The notes beneath the pieces were generated by a model. It worked only from the letters and a program-made list of their open reading frames with translations, searched no databases and had not been told where the DNA came from. DNA of 64,000 nucleotides from contig OZ244052.1 in assembly GCA_965215125.1 (NCBI GenBank), positions 1,760,001-1,824,000 on the forward strand, given 5' to 3'. The position numbers and the translations under genes are program-made. The stretch's first letter is position 1; each line of letters begins with the position of its first letter. This document shows, piece by piece, positions 32,977 through 42,770 of the stretch. This DNA is from an uncultured candidatus Porisulfidus sp. (GTDB lineage Bacteria; Pseudomonadota; Gammaproteobacteria; Poriferisulfidales; Oxydemutatoraceae).

Positions 32977-33716
32977 TTTGACGACTCGTCGGCTTGTGTT
33001 ATGGTTCTTTTGAATGTTCGCACCGCTTCTTTAAGGCCGACAAAAACCGCATCGGCAACAATGGCATGACCGATATTTAATTCTTGGATTTGTGAGATCG
33101 CAGCGATGGCCCCTACATTATCTAATGTTAGTCCGTGTCCGGCATTGACTTGCAATCCGAGTTCTGCTCCTTGACGAGCAGCCTCTACGATACGCCGATG
33201 TGCTTGTTGTTGTATGTCGCCCGTTGTCCCGGCATATTCGCCGGTATGCAGTTCAACGATTTCAGCTCCGCACTGCACCGCCAACTCTAAAACGGACAAA
33301 TCGGGTTCTACAAAGAGTGAAACGGCAATACCTGCGGCACGCAGTGTCTCGCATACACTTGCAATACGCTTGCGATGCTTACGAACATCCAATCCGCCTT
33401 CGGTGGTAAGTTCTTCGCGTCTTTCAGGCACCAAGCAGCAATAGTCGGGCTTGACCCGAAGTGCAATCCCAAGCATCTCGGCCGTCGCTGCCATTTCCAA
33501 GTTTAGGTGCGTGCCGACACATTCACGAGCGAGATAGACATCGGCATCCTGGATATGTCGGCGGTCTTCGCGCAGATGAATCGTAATCCCGTCGGCTCCT
33601 CCTGCTTCGGCTTCGGCAACGGCGCGGCGAAAATCCGGGTAGGGGGTGTAGCGGGCTTGGCGCAAGTTTGCGACATGGTCTATATTAACGCCCAAAGTGG
33701 TTCGAAAATTTTTCAT
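32973..33716 (-). CDS. pdxJ: Pyridoxine 5'-phosphate synthase
   Basis: [46 protein letters not shown]. Confidence 0.97.
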   Translation of the reverse strand: MKNFRTTLGVNIDHVANLRQARYTPYPDFRRAVAEAEAGGADGITIHLREDRRHIQDADVYLARECVGTHLNLEMAATAEMLGIALRVKPDYCCLVPERREELTTEGGLDVRKHRKRIASVCETLRAAGIAVSLFVEPDLSVLELAVQCGAEIVELHTGEYAGTTGDIQQQAHRRIVEAARQGAELGLQVNAGHGLTLDNVGAIAAISQIQELNIGHAIVADAVFVGLKEAVRTFKRTITQADESSK

Positions 33717-34666
33717 AGCCTGTTTGTTTGGGATTGATTTCTTAGCATTGCGATATCATCCTCGGCTTGTTCCTGAAGCATACGTTTACCGTGTTGCTTG
33801 CTTTGAGTCTTAACATTCAATTTCAAATAGGTCGGTAAGCTAAGCGTATTCTCGATCGCCTTTCGGGCGGCGGTTCCTATCGCCTTAAGCCGACTGCCTT
33901 GCTTGCCTATTACGATGGCGCGCTGATTGTCTTTCAGAACCCATAAAAAGGCCTCTATACGCAACCGGTTTTCCAGTATTTCAACCGCTGAAACTTCTAC
34001 ATCCATCGTATAGGGAATTTCCTCGTGCAGATAGCGCATGACTTGTTCGTAGACTAGTTCCTGAACGATTACCTTAGGTCTTTGATGGCTGTTCGGGTCT
34101 CCTTTGAAGATAAAATCGGCTTGCGGAAGCAGTGTCTTAACCTCGGCTTTGAGCTTGCCGAAATCTTTATCCCTACGCGCCGAGAGCGGCACGATTGCAG
34201 AGAAACCATGCCCGCGAATTTTATCTATAGTAGTTAGAAGCGATTGTTTCTCTTTGAGTAAGTCCGTTTTGTTAAGTACTAAAACACAGGGTGAGACACC
34301 CGATTGTATAATCTTCAATGCCGAATCGTCGGTCTGTGTCCACATTCTACTATCAACAACCAGCATCACCAGATCGACACCCAGCATAGCTGCCTTGGCA
34401 TTGCGATTTAGCATACGATTCCAGGGATGATGTATGCTCTCGTTCAACCCCGGTGAATCTATAAAGATTATTTGGGCATCGCCTTCGGTCAATACGCCTT
34501 GTATGTTATGACGGGTGGTTTGCGCCTTATGCGTCACCGCAGCCCAATGATGCCCGATCAGGCGGTTGAACAGGGTTGATTTCCCTACGTTCGGTCTGCC
34601 GCACAAAGCGACAAAACCGCAACGGCGTGCGGTCGGTATATTCGGTGTAGCTTGAGTCTCTATCAT
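33713..34666 (-). CDS. era: GTPase Era
   Basis: [23 protein letters not shown] domain VIGKQG..LK.IG. Confidence 0.95.
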   Translation of the reverse strand: MIETQATPNIPTARRCGFVALCGRPNVGKSTLFNRLIGHHWAAVTHKAQTTRHNIQGVLTEGDAQIIFIDSPGLNESIHHPWNRMLNRNAKAAMLGVDLVMLVVDSRMWTQTDDSALKIIQSGVSPCVLVLNKTDLLKEKQSLLTTIDKIRGHGFSAIVPLSARRDKDFGKLKAEVKTLLPQADFIFKGDPNSHQRPKVIVQELVYEQVMRYLHEEIPYTMDVEVSAVEILENRLRIEAFLWVLKDNQRAIVIGKQGSRLKAIGTAARKAIENTLSLPTYLKLNVKTQSKQHGKRMLQEQAEDDIAMLRNQSQTNRL

Positions 34667-35301
34667 TTACGCTTGAGATTATGCAACATTAAGCGAGCCG
34701 CTTGCTGTTCGGCATCGCGTTTAGTCCTCCCCTTACCTTCGGTTTGTCCTTGCCCAACCTTGCAGATCATACAAAAGCCCTGTTGTGTAGACTCCTTGAG
34801 TTGATATTCAGGGAGGGGAGAACCGCGTGCTTGTAGATACTCCTGCAACCGACTTTTAGCGTCGCTAAAATTGCCTGAACCGGACAATTGCTTGAGGTGT
34901 CCGGCATAAATTTGCCGGATGAACTGCCATGTAGGCTGCAAGCCTTGATATAAATAAAATGCGCCTATGATTGCCTCCACGGTATCCGCCAATATGGCAT
35001 TGCTTAATTGACCGGTTTTTTGTCCACGACCTAACTGGAGCCATTTCCTTAGATGGAGCTTACTCGCTATATCGGATAATGTTTCTTTGCGTACCAAACG
35101 AGCGCGCATTCGGGTAAGTTGTCCCTCCGGCTTATCGGGAAAATTGTTATAAAGATATTCGGAAATTAATAGTTGCAGAACCGCATCGCCGAGAAACTCT
35201 AAACGCTCATTATGTTCCTTAGCATAGCTACGGTGCGTGATTGCTTGTTTGAATAATTGGTGATTTCTAAAATCTTCGCTTAAAAGTTTTTCCAGTTCCA
35301 T
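34663..35301 (-). CDS. rnc: Ribonuclease III
   Basis: ITHRS, NERLEFLGDAVL, ADTVEAIIGA, dsRBD KSRLQEYLQ..AEQQAA; start may be TTG at 35307. Confidence 0.96.
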   Translation of the reverse strand: MELEKLLSEDFRNHQLFKQAITHRSYAKEHNERLEFLGDAVLQLLISEYLYNNFPDKPEGQLTRMRARLVRKETLSDIASKLHLRKWLQLGRGQKTGQLSNAILADTVEAIIGAFYLYQGLQPTWQFIRQIYAGHLKQLSGSGNFSDAKSRLQEYLQARGSPLPEYQLKESTQQGFCMICKVGQGQTEGKGRTKRDAEQQAARLMLHNLKRK

Positions 35302-35314
35302 ATTCAAGTTGTAT

Positions 35315-36100
35315 TTATCGTATGCTGTTGCCTATTCTAGAAAATCCGATTTGCGCATCTTGATGATTCCAGTTCATCCAAATCAAGAATGCCTTTCCTA
35401 CCAGATTTTGTTCTGGAACAAATCCCCACACTCGGCTGTCGTTGCTGTTATCCCTGTTATCTCCCATTACGAAATAATTGGCTTCGGGAATTTGCCATTC
35501 GTTTTCTAATCCTTTCATGGAAATATCGGCAACGAGGATATTGTGTTTAACATCGCCCAGATACTCGGTTCTCTCGAATAAATCGGTACCGTAAATGTTT
35601 GTGTAAGGTTTGTTGCCGTCTTCCACTTGGGTAATCGGGACACCGTTGATATGCAGTTGTTTGTTTTTATAGACAACCTTGTCGCCGGGAATACCGACAA
35701 CGCGTTTAATATAGTCCTTGGTTGAGTCTTTGGGATAGCGAAAAACCACAACATCGCCTCTTTGTGGCACATCCATTTCTATTAGCGTGTTATGTAACAC
35801 CGGTAGCTTGAGTCCATAAGTGAACTTGTTGACCATAATAAAGTCGCCGATTTCCAAAGTCGGTAGCATTGAGCCCGAGGGGATTCTAAACGGTTCTATG
35901 ATGAAACTTCGTATCAATAGAACGATCAATAGAATTGGGAAGAAAGAAGCTGCGTTATCGGCGATGCGAAAGGATAGGCTGGGTGTTTGTTCCGATTTCT
36001 TATCATAGTCGTCGGACCTGTGATAGACCTTGAGAACCAAAGCAAGCAAGCCGGTGATGACAGTGGCAAGCACTAAAAAGAATTCAAGGTCGTAATCCAT
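35315..36100 (-). CDS. lepB: Signal peptidase I
   Basis: EPFRIPSGSMLPTL, DYIKRVVG.PGD, GDNRDNSNDSR. Confidence 0.96.
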   Translation of the reverse strand: MDYDLEFFLVLATVITGLLALVLKVYHRSDDYDKKSEQTPSLSFRIADNAASFFPILLIVLLIRSFIIEPFRIPSGSMLPTLEIGDFIMVNKFTYGLKLPVLHNTLIEMDVPQRGDVVVFRYPKDSTKDYIKRVVGIPGDKVVYKNKQLHINGVPITQVEDGNKPYTNIYGTDLFERTEYLGDVKHNILVADISMKGLENEWQIPEANYFVMGDNRDNSNDSRVWGFVPEQNLVGKAFLIWMNWNHQDAQIGFSRIGNSIR

Positions 36101-36161
36101 ATACTCTAGAACAAAGAAGAAAACTCTGCTTATCCATGCGGTAGCAGCGTGTCAAATAAAC

Positions 36162-36279
36162 GCTTGGCGGTGTCCTACTCTCACACAGGGAAGCCCTGTA
36201 CTACCATCGGCGATGCGCCATTTCACTTCCGAGTTCGGGATGGGATCGGGTGGTACTAACGCTCTATGGCCGCCAAGCA
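36162..36279 (-). rRNA. rrf: 5S ribosomal RNA, unlinked and on the opposite strand to 23S
   Basis: Minus strand reads TGCTTGGCGGCCATAGAGCG...CCCGATCCCATCCCGAACTCGGAAGTGAAA...GCCGATGGTAGT...GAGAGTAGGACACCGCCAAGC; terminal helix pairs. Confidence 0.96.
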
Positions 36280-36316
36280 AATAAGCTGTTTGCAGTCTTT
36301 GCGACAATCTACCGTA

Positions 36317-36403
36317 TCAATAATTGGCTATAAGATATACTAAGACGACAAAAACTGCGATAAAAGAGACTGTAGCAATTAAGTTAGTTATAGCAGGTTT
36401 CAT
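36317..36403 (-). CDS. Putative 28-aa single-TM small protein MKPAITNLIATVSFIAVFVVLVYLIANY
   Basis: ATG..TGA ORF with AAGGAG RBS 8 nt upstream (36412-36417) and extended -10 TGCTATAAT (36432-36440); too short for the ORF track. Confidence 0.55.
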   Translation of the reverse strand: MKPAITNLIATVSFIAVFVVLVYLIANY

Positions 36404-36517
36404 ATATTTCACTCCTTAAATATTTTTGCTAATTATAGCATAGTTATCATAAAAAAAGAGGGATGAGTTTGTAGATTATCGCATGTCATTCTGCTTTTTT
36501 CTCTATATGCTCTCGAT

Positions 36518-37456
36518 TTATGATTCCCAATCGTACCCCGAGAAAAAGTCGTATTGCTCTATCAACGATGCAACCTTTTGTTTTTGATCCGATGTCCAGT
36601 CAAAATTAAATCGCCTTCTATTAGGTTTTTCGTCAACGCAAGAAGAACAGTCATCTAGATAATCGGGAGATACGGACACTTGTGCAAACTGGCATAGCTT
36701 AGTCAACTGTAAACTCGGATCTGCAACCATTTCTTCATGTTTAGATACGAATATATCTCGAGGAGCTACTTGCTCGGCAAGTTTTATATTCTCTTTGGAC
36801 AATTTCTCAACAAACGATATAGCCTTTGTGGTTATTGGCTTTTGGGTGGAGTCTTTGTATTTAGTCGTTCTGCTTGTTTTATTGGCGATCATATCGTAAG
36901 GATTGCGAACCGTTAAAATGAATTTCAAGCGAATATCCCTTTCCTCAAGTCTTTTTTTGAAGGTCGTAAATTGACGCTTATCGGATAAACATTTTGTGGT
37001 TTGGCTAGAGCATTTGATTCCTAAAACTTTTAGTGTCTCAAAACGACCTTGATATTGATTAGGTACTAATATGTATCGCCCCTGTCTTGTACCTTCAGGA
37101 AAAAGAATAGTATTATTATCTTTTCTCTCTTTTTTTATTAGCCATCGTATATGATCCACCATTAAAATTACATTAAATATTTTATTTAAGTCTGCCGAGT
37201 ATAGACCATTTATTTTATTTATTCCATTTATATCGTTTATATCCAATGCAACCGGTTCACCGAAAAGAATGGCAGGTTGATCGGCGACGACCATGCCGGG
37301 ATGCGCGGTTAGTAAATAGCCGAGTAGTGATGACCCTGAACCGGAAAAACCTATGGTCAATAACATCACTCGTACGTCTTCAAGAGATTTCTCCCATAAA
37401 TCTTTTTTCGGTTGTATAAGTTCTAAAAGCTCTTTTTTATACGAGGAGCGTGCCAT
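36518..37456 (-). CDS. Sulfotransferase-like P-loop protein (paralog A)
   Basis: TIGFSGSGSSLLGYLLTAHP (5'PSB-like), TVRNPYD (3'PB-like), HEEMVADP...L.KLC.F. Confidence 0.7.
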   Translation of the reverse strand: MARSSYKKELLELIQPKKDLWEKSLEDVRVMLLTIGFSGSGSSLLGYLLTAHPGMVVADQPAILFGEPVALDINDINGINKINGLYSADLNKIFNVILMVDHIRWLIKKERKDNNTILFPEGTRQGRYILVPNQYQGRFETLKVLGIKCSSQTTKCLSDKRQFTTFKKRLEERDIRLKFILTVRNPYDMIANKTSRTTKYKDSTQKPITTKAISFVEKLSKENIKLAEQVAPRDIFVSKHEEMVADPSLQLTKLCQFAQVSVSPDYLDDCSSCVDEKPNRRRFNFDWTSDQKQKVASLIEQYDFFSGYDWES

Positions 37457-37484
37457 CTTTCTAACCTACTTTCTGTTGCTTTAT

Positions 37485-38444
37485 TTACGATTCCCAATCG
37501 TATCCCGAGAAAAAGTCGTATTGTTCTATCAACGATGCAACCTTTTCTTTTTGTTCCGATGTCCAATCAAATTCAAATCGTCTTTTATTAGGTTTTTCAT
37601 CAACACAAGAAGCACAGCTGTCTAGATAATCGGGAGATGCCGGCACTTGGGCAATTTCGCATATCTTGGTCAATTGCAGTTTCGGATCTTCGACCATTGC
37701 CTCATGTTTGGATACAAACACATCTTGGGAGTCTACTTGTGTAAGAATTTTTATATTATTTTCAGATAACTGAGCAATATACGATATACTCATGTTTAAT
37801 AATTTTTCTGAATGAAAATCTTTTTTTTCGCGTTTCTTGTAGAACATAGTTTTTTTTGCTCTGAGACTAATCATATCATAAGGGTTGCGGATAGTTAAAA
37901 TGAATTTCAGGTAAACTCCCTTTTCCTCAAGCCTTTCTTTGAAGGTTTTTAATACATCATCTCTAGATAAACATCTCACGTTATTCCGGGAATGTTTGAC
38001 TCCTATGACTTCCAGTGTTTCAAAACGACCTTGATATTGATCGGGCATTAATAGATAACGTTTTGTTTTATTAAATCCGGTTAAGAAAGTAGCCTTATTT
38101 TCTCTGGGAAAGTTTCTCTTTTTTGCTACTAACCATCGCACATAATCTAAACCCAAAGCGACATTAAATATCTTGTTTAAGGCTGCCGAGTATAAACAAT
38201 CTTCACTTTCCAGTTCTATTCCGTTTATATTATTCATGTTTTTCTCAAGCAGGCTTCCTTTATCAAAAACAAAGGGTTCATCGGCAACAACCATGCGGGG
38301 ATGTGCCGTTAGTAAATAACCGGCCAACGATGACCCGGAACCGGGAAAACCTATAGTTAGCAACATTACTCGTATATCCTTAAGAGATTTCTCCCATAAA
38401 TCCTTTTTTGGTCGTATAAGTTCTAAAAGAGTTTGTTTATTCAT
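37485..38444 (-). CDS. Sulfotransferase-like P-loop protein (paralog B)
   Basis: Same motifs; last residues KVASLIEQYDFFSGYDWES identical to paralog A. Confidence 0.7.
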   Translation of the reverse strand: MNKQTLLELIRPKKDLWEKSLKDIRVMLLTIGFPGSGSSLAGYLLTAHPRMVVADEPFVFDKGSLLEKNMNNINGIELESEDCLYSAALNKIFNVALGLDYVRWLVAKKRNFPRENKATFLTGFNKTKRYLLMPDQYQGRFETLEVIGVKHSRNNVRCLSRDDVLKTFKERLEEKGVYLKFILTIRNPYDMISLRAKKTMFYKKREKKDFHSEKLLNMSISYIAQLSENNIKILTQVDSQDVFVSKHEAMVEDPKLQLTKICEIAQVPASPDYLDSCASCVDEKPNKRRFEFDWTSEQKEKVASLIEQYDFFSGYDWES

Positions 38445-38674
38445 CGTATGGCCTTAAGCAGAAAATAACGAGGCTTAATGATATAAATGATTGTAAGTAA
38501 TGTATTTTTGTTGACTGTTATCTACCTGCTCCAATGCGACGAAAGTGCGCTGTGTGAAGTGCATAGTATAACATTCTTTTCCCATTTGTATGTGACATCG
38601 TTCTTTTGAAAAGACTGGAAATTAGACACAAGCCCTTTGCGTGTCCTGATTGGATAAACGACAATATATCAGTA

Positions 38675-40528
38675 CTAAAAGGCATTCGGGTTGCTAACCG
38701 GGTCTACGATTTCTTCCTCTTCGGGTAGATATTCGTCTTCTTTGCGGCCACGGATATAATCGCCGGTAATCATTTGTCTATAGGTTGCCCCCGGACTCAC
38801 CATCGGATAGACACCGGCGTCTTGATCTATGATGACTTCTAAAAATGCAGGTGTCTTTGTCTCTATGAATTCCTTGATATAGGTTCTTAATTTTTCTCGT
38901 TGATCAATGCGTTTAGCGAAGGGAAAACCGTCTGCTTTGGCTGCTTGCACGAAGTCTTTACGAAATAGAGATTTATCGCTTCCCGAAAAGCGGTTTTTGA
39001 AGAAGGTTTTCTGCCATTGCCGCACCATGCCGTCGCCGTAGTTATTGAGCAACAGTATTTTTACCGGCAAGTCATAAGTAATAACTGTTTCCAGCTCGCC
39101 TATATTCATTCTCAAACTGCCGTCGCCGTCTATGTCGCAGACTATTTTATCGGGACAAGCGAATTGTGCGCCTATTGCAGCCGGCAAACCAAAACCCATC
39201 GTTCCCATAGATCCCGAAGTTAGCCAACTTCTAGGATTTTTATAATCCAGATATTGTGCTGCCCACATTTGATGTTGTCCTACACCGGTTGTGATGATAG
39301 CTTCACCGTGGGTTAATTCGTTTAATATCTCCAGTACTTCATAAGGTTGTACCAATTTGCTATTGTGGTCGTAGTCGAGTTTATGCTTTTGTTTTAGGTG
39401 CGCAATATGTCGGTGCCATTCGCTATAATCTTTGGAAAAGCCGTCGTCGTGCTTCATCAAATCGGATAACACGGCGCATGCATCGCCGTTGTGAGACCAA
39501 TCCGCTGCTATGACCTTATTGATTTCGGCGGTGTCAATATCAATGTGGAGTATCGCTTTTGCAGAGGGCGCAAAAGCGTCCGGACGACCGGCAACCCGAT
39601 CGTCAAAACGCGCACCGACTGCAATTAATAGATCGCAGTCTTCAACCGCATAATTTGCATAAGCGGTGCCGTGCATGCCTAGCATGTGCAGACTGAGCTC
39701 GTCGGTGGTATCGACCGACCCGATGCCCATCAGGGTGGTCACTACCGGGATACGATAGCGTTTTACGAAAGCCCGCAAGGCCTCCGATGCATCCGAGTTT
39801 ATAATGCCGCCTCCCACATAAAGTAGGGGGTGCTTCGATGCGTCTAAATAAGAGAAAAATTTCTTGACATGTTGTGGTTGTATGTAGTTCTGCATGACTT
39901 TATCTACTCTTACTTTGTAGCCCGGTAAATTTAACTTCGTATTACCGTCGTAGAACCCTTGCCAATTTTGTATGTCTTTAGGGATATCGACTACCACCGG
40001 ACCGGGACGACCGCTACCGGCAATTTCAAAAGCGGATCTAACGGTTGCCTCTAATTTTTCGGGGTCGGTTACAAGTAATACATGTTTGGCACACGACGAC
40101 ATGATATTGACGATAGGTGCTTCTTGAAAGGCGTCGGTTCCCATCGATGCGGTCGGCACTTGTCCACAGATGAGCACCATAGGCACCGAATCGGCAAAAG
40201 AATCTCGTATCGGAGTCACGCTGTTGGTTGCACCGGGACCCGAGGTTACCAACGCAACACCCGGTCGCCCGCTGGCGCGTGCATAACCCGCCGCCATAAA
40301 ACCCGCGCCTTGCTCATTGGCGGGGACGATGAGGTTGATCGGGTCGCGTCCTTGATTTTTGCGGTGCGCCTCGTTATAGAGAAATATCGCATCGTAAGTC
40401 GGCAATATCGCCCCGCCGCTATACCCAAAAATCGTATCCACACCCATATCCGCAAGTGTTCGAATAATAATTTCGGCACCTGAAAATTTAGTTTCCTCTT
40501 CCATTTGCGTTTCGTTTTTTGAGTCCAT
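38675..40528 (-). CDS. ilvB: Biosynthetic acetolactate synthase large subunit
   Basis: FGYSGGAILP, TSGPGATN, GTDAFQE, MLGMHG, RFDDRV, TGVGQHQMW, GTMGFGLP, GDGS, GMVRQWQ. Confidence 0.92.
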   Translation of the reverse strand: MDSKNETQMEEETKFSGAEIIIRTLADMGVDTIFGYSGGAILPTYDAIFLYNEAHRKNQGRDPINLIVPANEQGAGFMAAGYARASGRPGVALVTSGPGATNSVTPIRDSFADSVPMVLICGQVPTASMGTDAFQEAPIVNIMSSCAKHVLLVTDPEKLEATVRSAFEIAGSGRPGPVVVDIPKDIQNWQGFYDGNTKLNLPGYKVRVDKVMQNYIQPQHVKKFFSYLDASKHPLLYVGGGIINSDASEALRAFVKRYRIPVVTTLMGIGSVDTTDELSLHMLGMHGTAYANYAVEDCDLLIAVGARFDDRVAGRPDAFAPSAKAILHIDIDTAEINKVIAADWSHNGDACAVLSDLMKHDDGFSKDYSEWHRHIAHLKQKHKLDYDHNSKLVQPYEVLEILNELTHGEAIITTGVGQHQMWAAQYLDYKNPRSWLTSGSMGTMGFGLPAAIGAQFACPDKIVCDIDGDGSLRMNIGELETVITYDLPVKILLLNNYGDGMVRQWQKTFFKNRFSGSDKSLFRKDFVQAAKADGFPFAKRIDQREKLRTYIKEFIETKTPAFLEVIIDQDAGVYPMVSPGATYRQMITGDYIRGRKEDEYLPEEEEIVDPVSNPNAF

Positions 40529-40567
40529 ATCGGTTGTTACGTATTTTATAATAATGCCATAATTTAA

Positions 40568-41305
40568 TTATGGCAAGGCTAAGCCCGCCATTTGATAAAG
40601 ATGTTCGAGTTCTTCTTGGGTCATCGGTCTATGCATGCCTCTAGGCAAATTATCAGGCAATTCAAACCGACCGAAGCCGATGCGTATCAGTCTACTTACG
40701 AGTAAGCCTTGACTTGACCATAGTCGTCTAACCAAGCGATTGCGGCCTTCGGCAACGACCACTTTATACCAACATCTCTGTTTGGCATCGTAGTGTGCGC
40801 TTATTCGCTTAAAACAAGCGATGCCGTCCTTCAGTCTCACGCCGTTGCGTAAATTATCTATCGCAACAGCGGAAACCTCTCCTAGCACACGCACCGAGTA
40901 AGTGCGCTCTATTTGACTTGACGGGTGCATTAGGCGATGTGCAAGTTGTCCGTCGGTGCAGAACAAAAGCAAACCGGAGGTATTGATGTCAAGTCTGCCT
41001 ACCGATATCCAACGGCTATTTTTCAGCTGAGGTAAATTTTCAAATACGGTTTTGCGCGACTCGGGGTCGCTACGGCTGACTATGGTACCTAATGGTTTAT
41101 GATAGATAAGTGCTCGGTGATTCGGGTGTGCCGATAAATTGCATTCTTTATCCGAGATTGATATGCGATCGTTGCGGTTCGCTTTACTGCCTAAGTTGGC
41201 AACTTTGCCGTTGACTTTGATTTGTCCGTCTGCAATGAGCCGCTCTATTCGACGTCGCGAACCTACACCTGCATCGGCTAATAGTTTTTGTAATCTTTGC
41301 TGCAA
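40568..41305 (-). CDS. rluB: 23S rRNA pseudouridine synthase B
   Basis: S4 domain RLQKLLA..GSRR, VGRLDINTSGLLL, LMHPS..ER.Y.VRV, EGRNR.VRR; follows scpB. Confidence 0.9.
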   Translation of the reverse strand: MQQRLQKLLADAGVGSRRRIERLIADGQIKVNGKVANLGSKANRNDRISISDKECNLSAHPNHRALIYHKPLGTIVSRSDPESRKTVFENLPQLKNSRWISVGRLDINTSGLLLFCTDGQLAHRLMHPSSQIERTYSVRVLGEVSAVAIDNLRNGVRLKDGIACFKRISAHYDAKQRCWYKVVVAEGRNRLVRRLWSSQGLLVSRLIRIGFGRFELPDNLPRGMHRPMTQEELEHLYQMAGLALP

Positions 41306-41317
41306 AGTGGTGTTTAT

Positions 41318-41980
41318 CTATCCTCTGTCGGTCGGAGTATCAATTTTATCGTTTGATCCCGATAGATGTTCGGCATCTTGAGCGGCGTTCGGCAAAGCAT
41401 CGGCAGTGACGGGTAGCACAAGTTGGGGATTTTTTGCCGTGACTTCTTCCACACTCTCTACTTCCGGCAATTCGGCTATTGAACGCATATTGAAATCATC
41501 TAAAAAGTCTTGTGTTGTGGCATAGAGTGCAGGTCTGCCCGGTACTTCTTTGTGTCCAACTATTTTTATCCAGCCGCGTTCCTCTAAGGTGCGTATCGTG
41601 CTAGTACTAACCGAAACACCGCGCACTTCTTCTATACCGGCACGCGTAATCGGCTGTCGGTAGGCAATGAGTGCCAAAGTTTCAAGGCATGCTTTGGAAT
41701 AGCGCGGTGGTTTATCTTCCCATAATTTTGTCAACCACGGTGCATGCTCGGCGCGTGTTTGATAACGATAGCCCGAGGCTACTTCGGTCAACTCTATGCC
41801 GCGATCCGCACAATCGTCGCTTAGATCTTTCAATACTGTTTTAAGCAGTTCGGTGTCCGGCAATTTGCCGTTTTCGCGCAATAGTTTTCTCATTTCCTTG
41901 AGGTTAATGGGGCGTGCCGATGCCATCAGTAGGGCTTCTACTATTCGTTTTAATCGCTGCTTTTCGGTTATCGGCGTCAT
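41318..41980 (-). CDS. scpB: SMC-Scp complex subunit ScpB
   Basis: LETLALIAYRQPITRA.IE.VRGV, GHKEVPGRP.LY.TT..FL. Confidence 0.95.
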   Translation of the reverse strand: MTPITEKQRLKRIVEALLMASARPINLKEMRKLLRENGKLPDTELLKTVLKDLSDDCADRGIELTEVASGYRYQTRAEHAPWLTKLWEDKPPRYSKACLETLALIAYRQPITRAGIEEVRGVSVSTSTIRTLEERGWIKIVGHKEVPGRPALYATTQDFLDDFNMRSIAELPEVESVEEVTAKNPQLVLPVTADALPNAAQDAEHLSGSNDKIDTPTDRG

Positions 41981-42768
41981 CGTCTTCGCACATAAATCGG
42001 TGCCCAAAATCCGCTTTGGACGATCGTTATCATGTTAGCCTTCAGTAATTCGAGCAAGGCTAGAAACGCAACTATCACACCGGCTTGTCCTTCCTCGGCA
42101 CTGAAGCAATTTTTGAACTCCACGCGATGTTCGGAATCCAATAGTTTAAGGACTAAGTTTATGCGGTCGCTTACCAGCAAAGGTTCGGTGGTGATTTGGT
42201 GTTGTTGATAGAGTGCTACATTTGCCAGTGCTTCTCTATACGCAGTTGCTAAATCTTCCAGTTCTATTTGTGGTAAGGGCTTGACGATATGTAGTCCTTC
42301 GCAAGGTGTCTCAAATCCATAGTTTTCGCGTCCGCTACGGGGCATCGCGTCGAGGGATTCGGAAACGTTTTTGATGCGCTCGTACTCTATTAATCGGCGT
42401 ACTAAATCGGCACGCGGGTCTTCTTCCTCGTTGTCTTCGTCCTGTTCGTGGCGCGGCAGTAACATTCGCGATTTAATCTCCGCTAAAATTGCTACCATCA
42501 GCAAATACTCGGCAGCGAGCTCTATTTCCAGTTGTTTCATCAGTTCTATATATCGTATATATTGATCGGTAATTTTAGCAATCGGCAAACTCAGAATGTC
42601 GAGATTTTGTCGTCTGATTAAATAAAGTAGCAAATCTAGTGGCCCTTCAAAAGTCTCTAAAAATATTCGTAGCGCATTAGGTGGAATATACAGATCTTGA
42701 GGCAATTCGGTGGTTGACTCATCAGAGATGACTGCAAGTATCGGTTTTGATTGTGATGTTTTGTTCAT
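41977..42768 (-). CDS. scpA: Segregation/condensation protein ScpA
   Basis: DLYIPP.AL..FLETFEGPLDLLLYLIR, AAEYL, IKSRMLLP, FLALLEL. Confidence 0.95.
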   Translation of the reverse strand: MNKTSQSKPILAVISDESTTELPQDLYIPPNALRIFLETFEGPLDLLLYLIRRQNLDILSLPIAKITDQYIRYIELMKQLEIELAAEYLLMVAILAEIKSRMLLPRHEQDEDNEEEDPRADLVRRLIEYERIKNVSESLDAMPRSGRENYGFETPCEGLHIVKPLPQIELEDLATAYREALANVALYQQHQITTEPLLVSDRINLVLKLLDSEHRVEFKNCFSAEEGQAGVIVAFLALLELLKANMITIVQSGFWAPIYVRRR

Positions 42769-42770
42769 AA

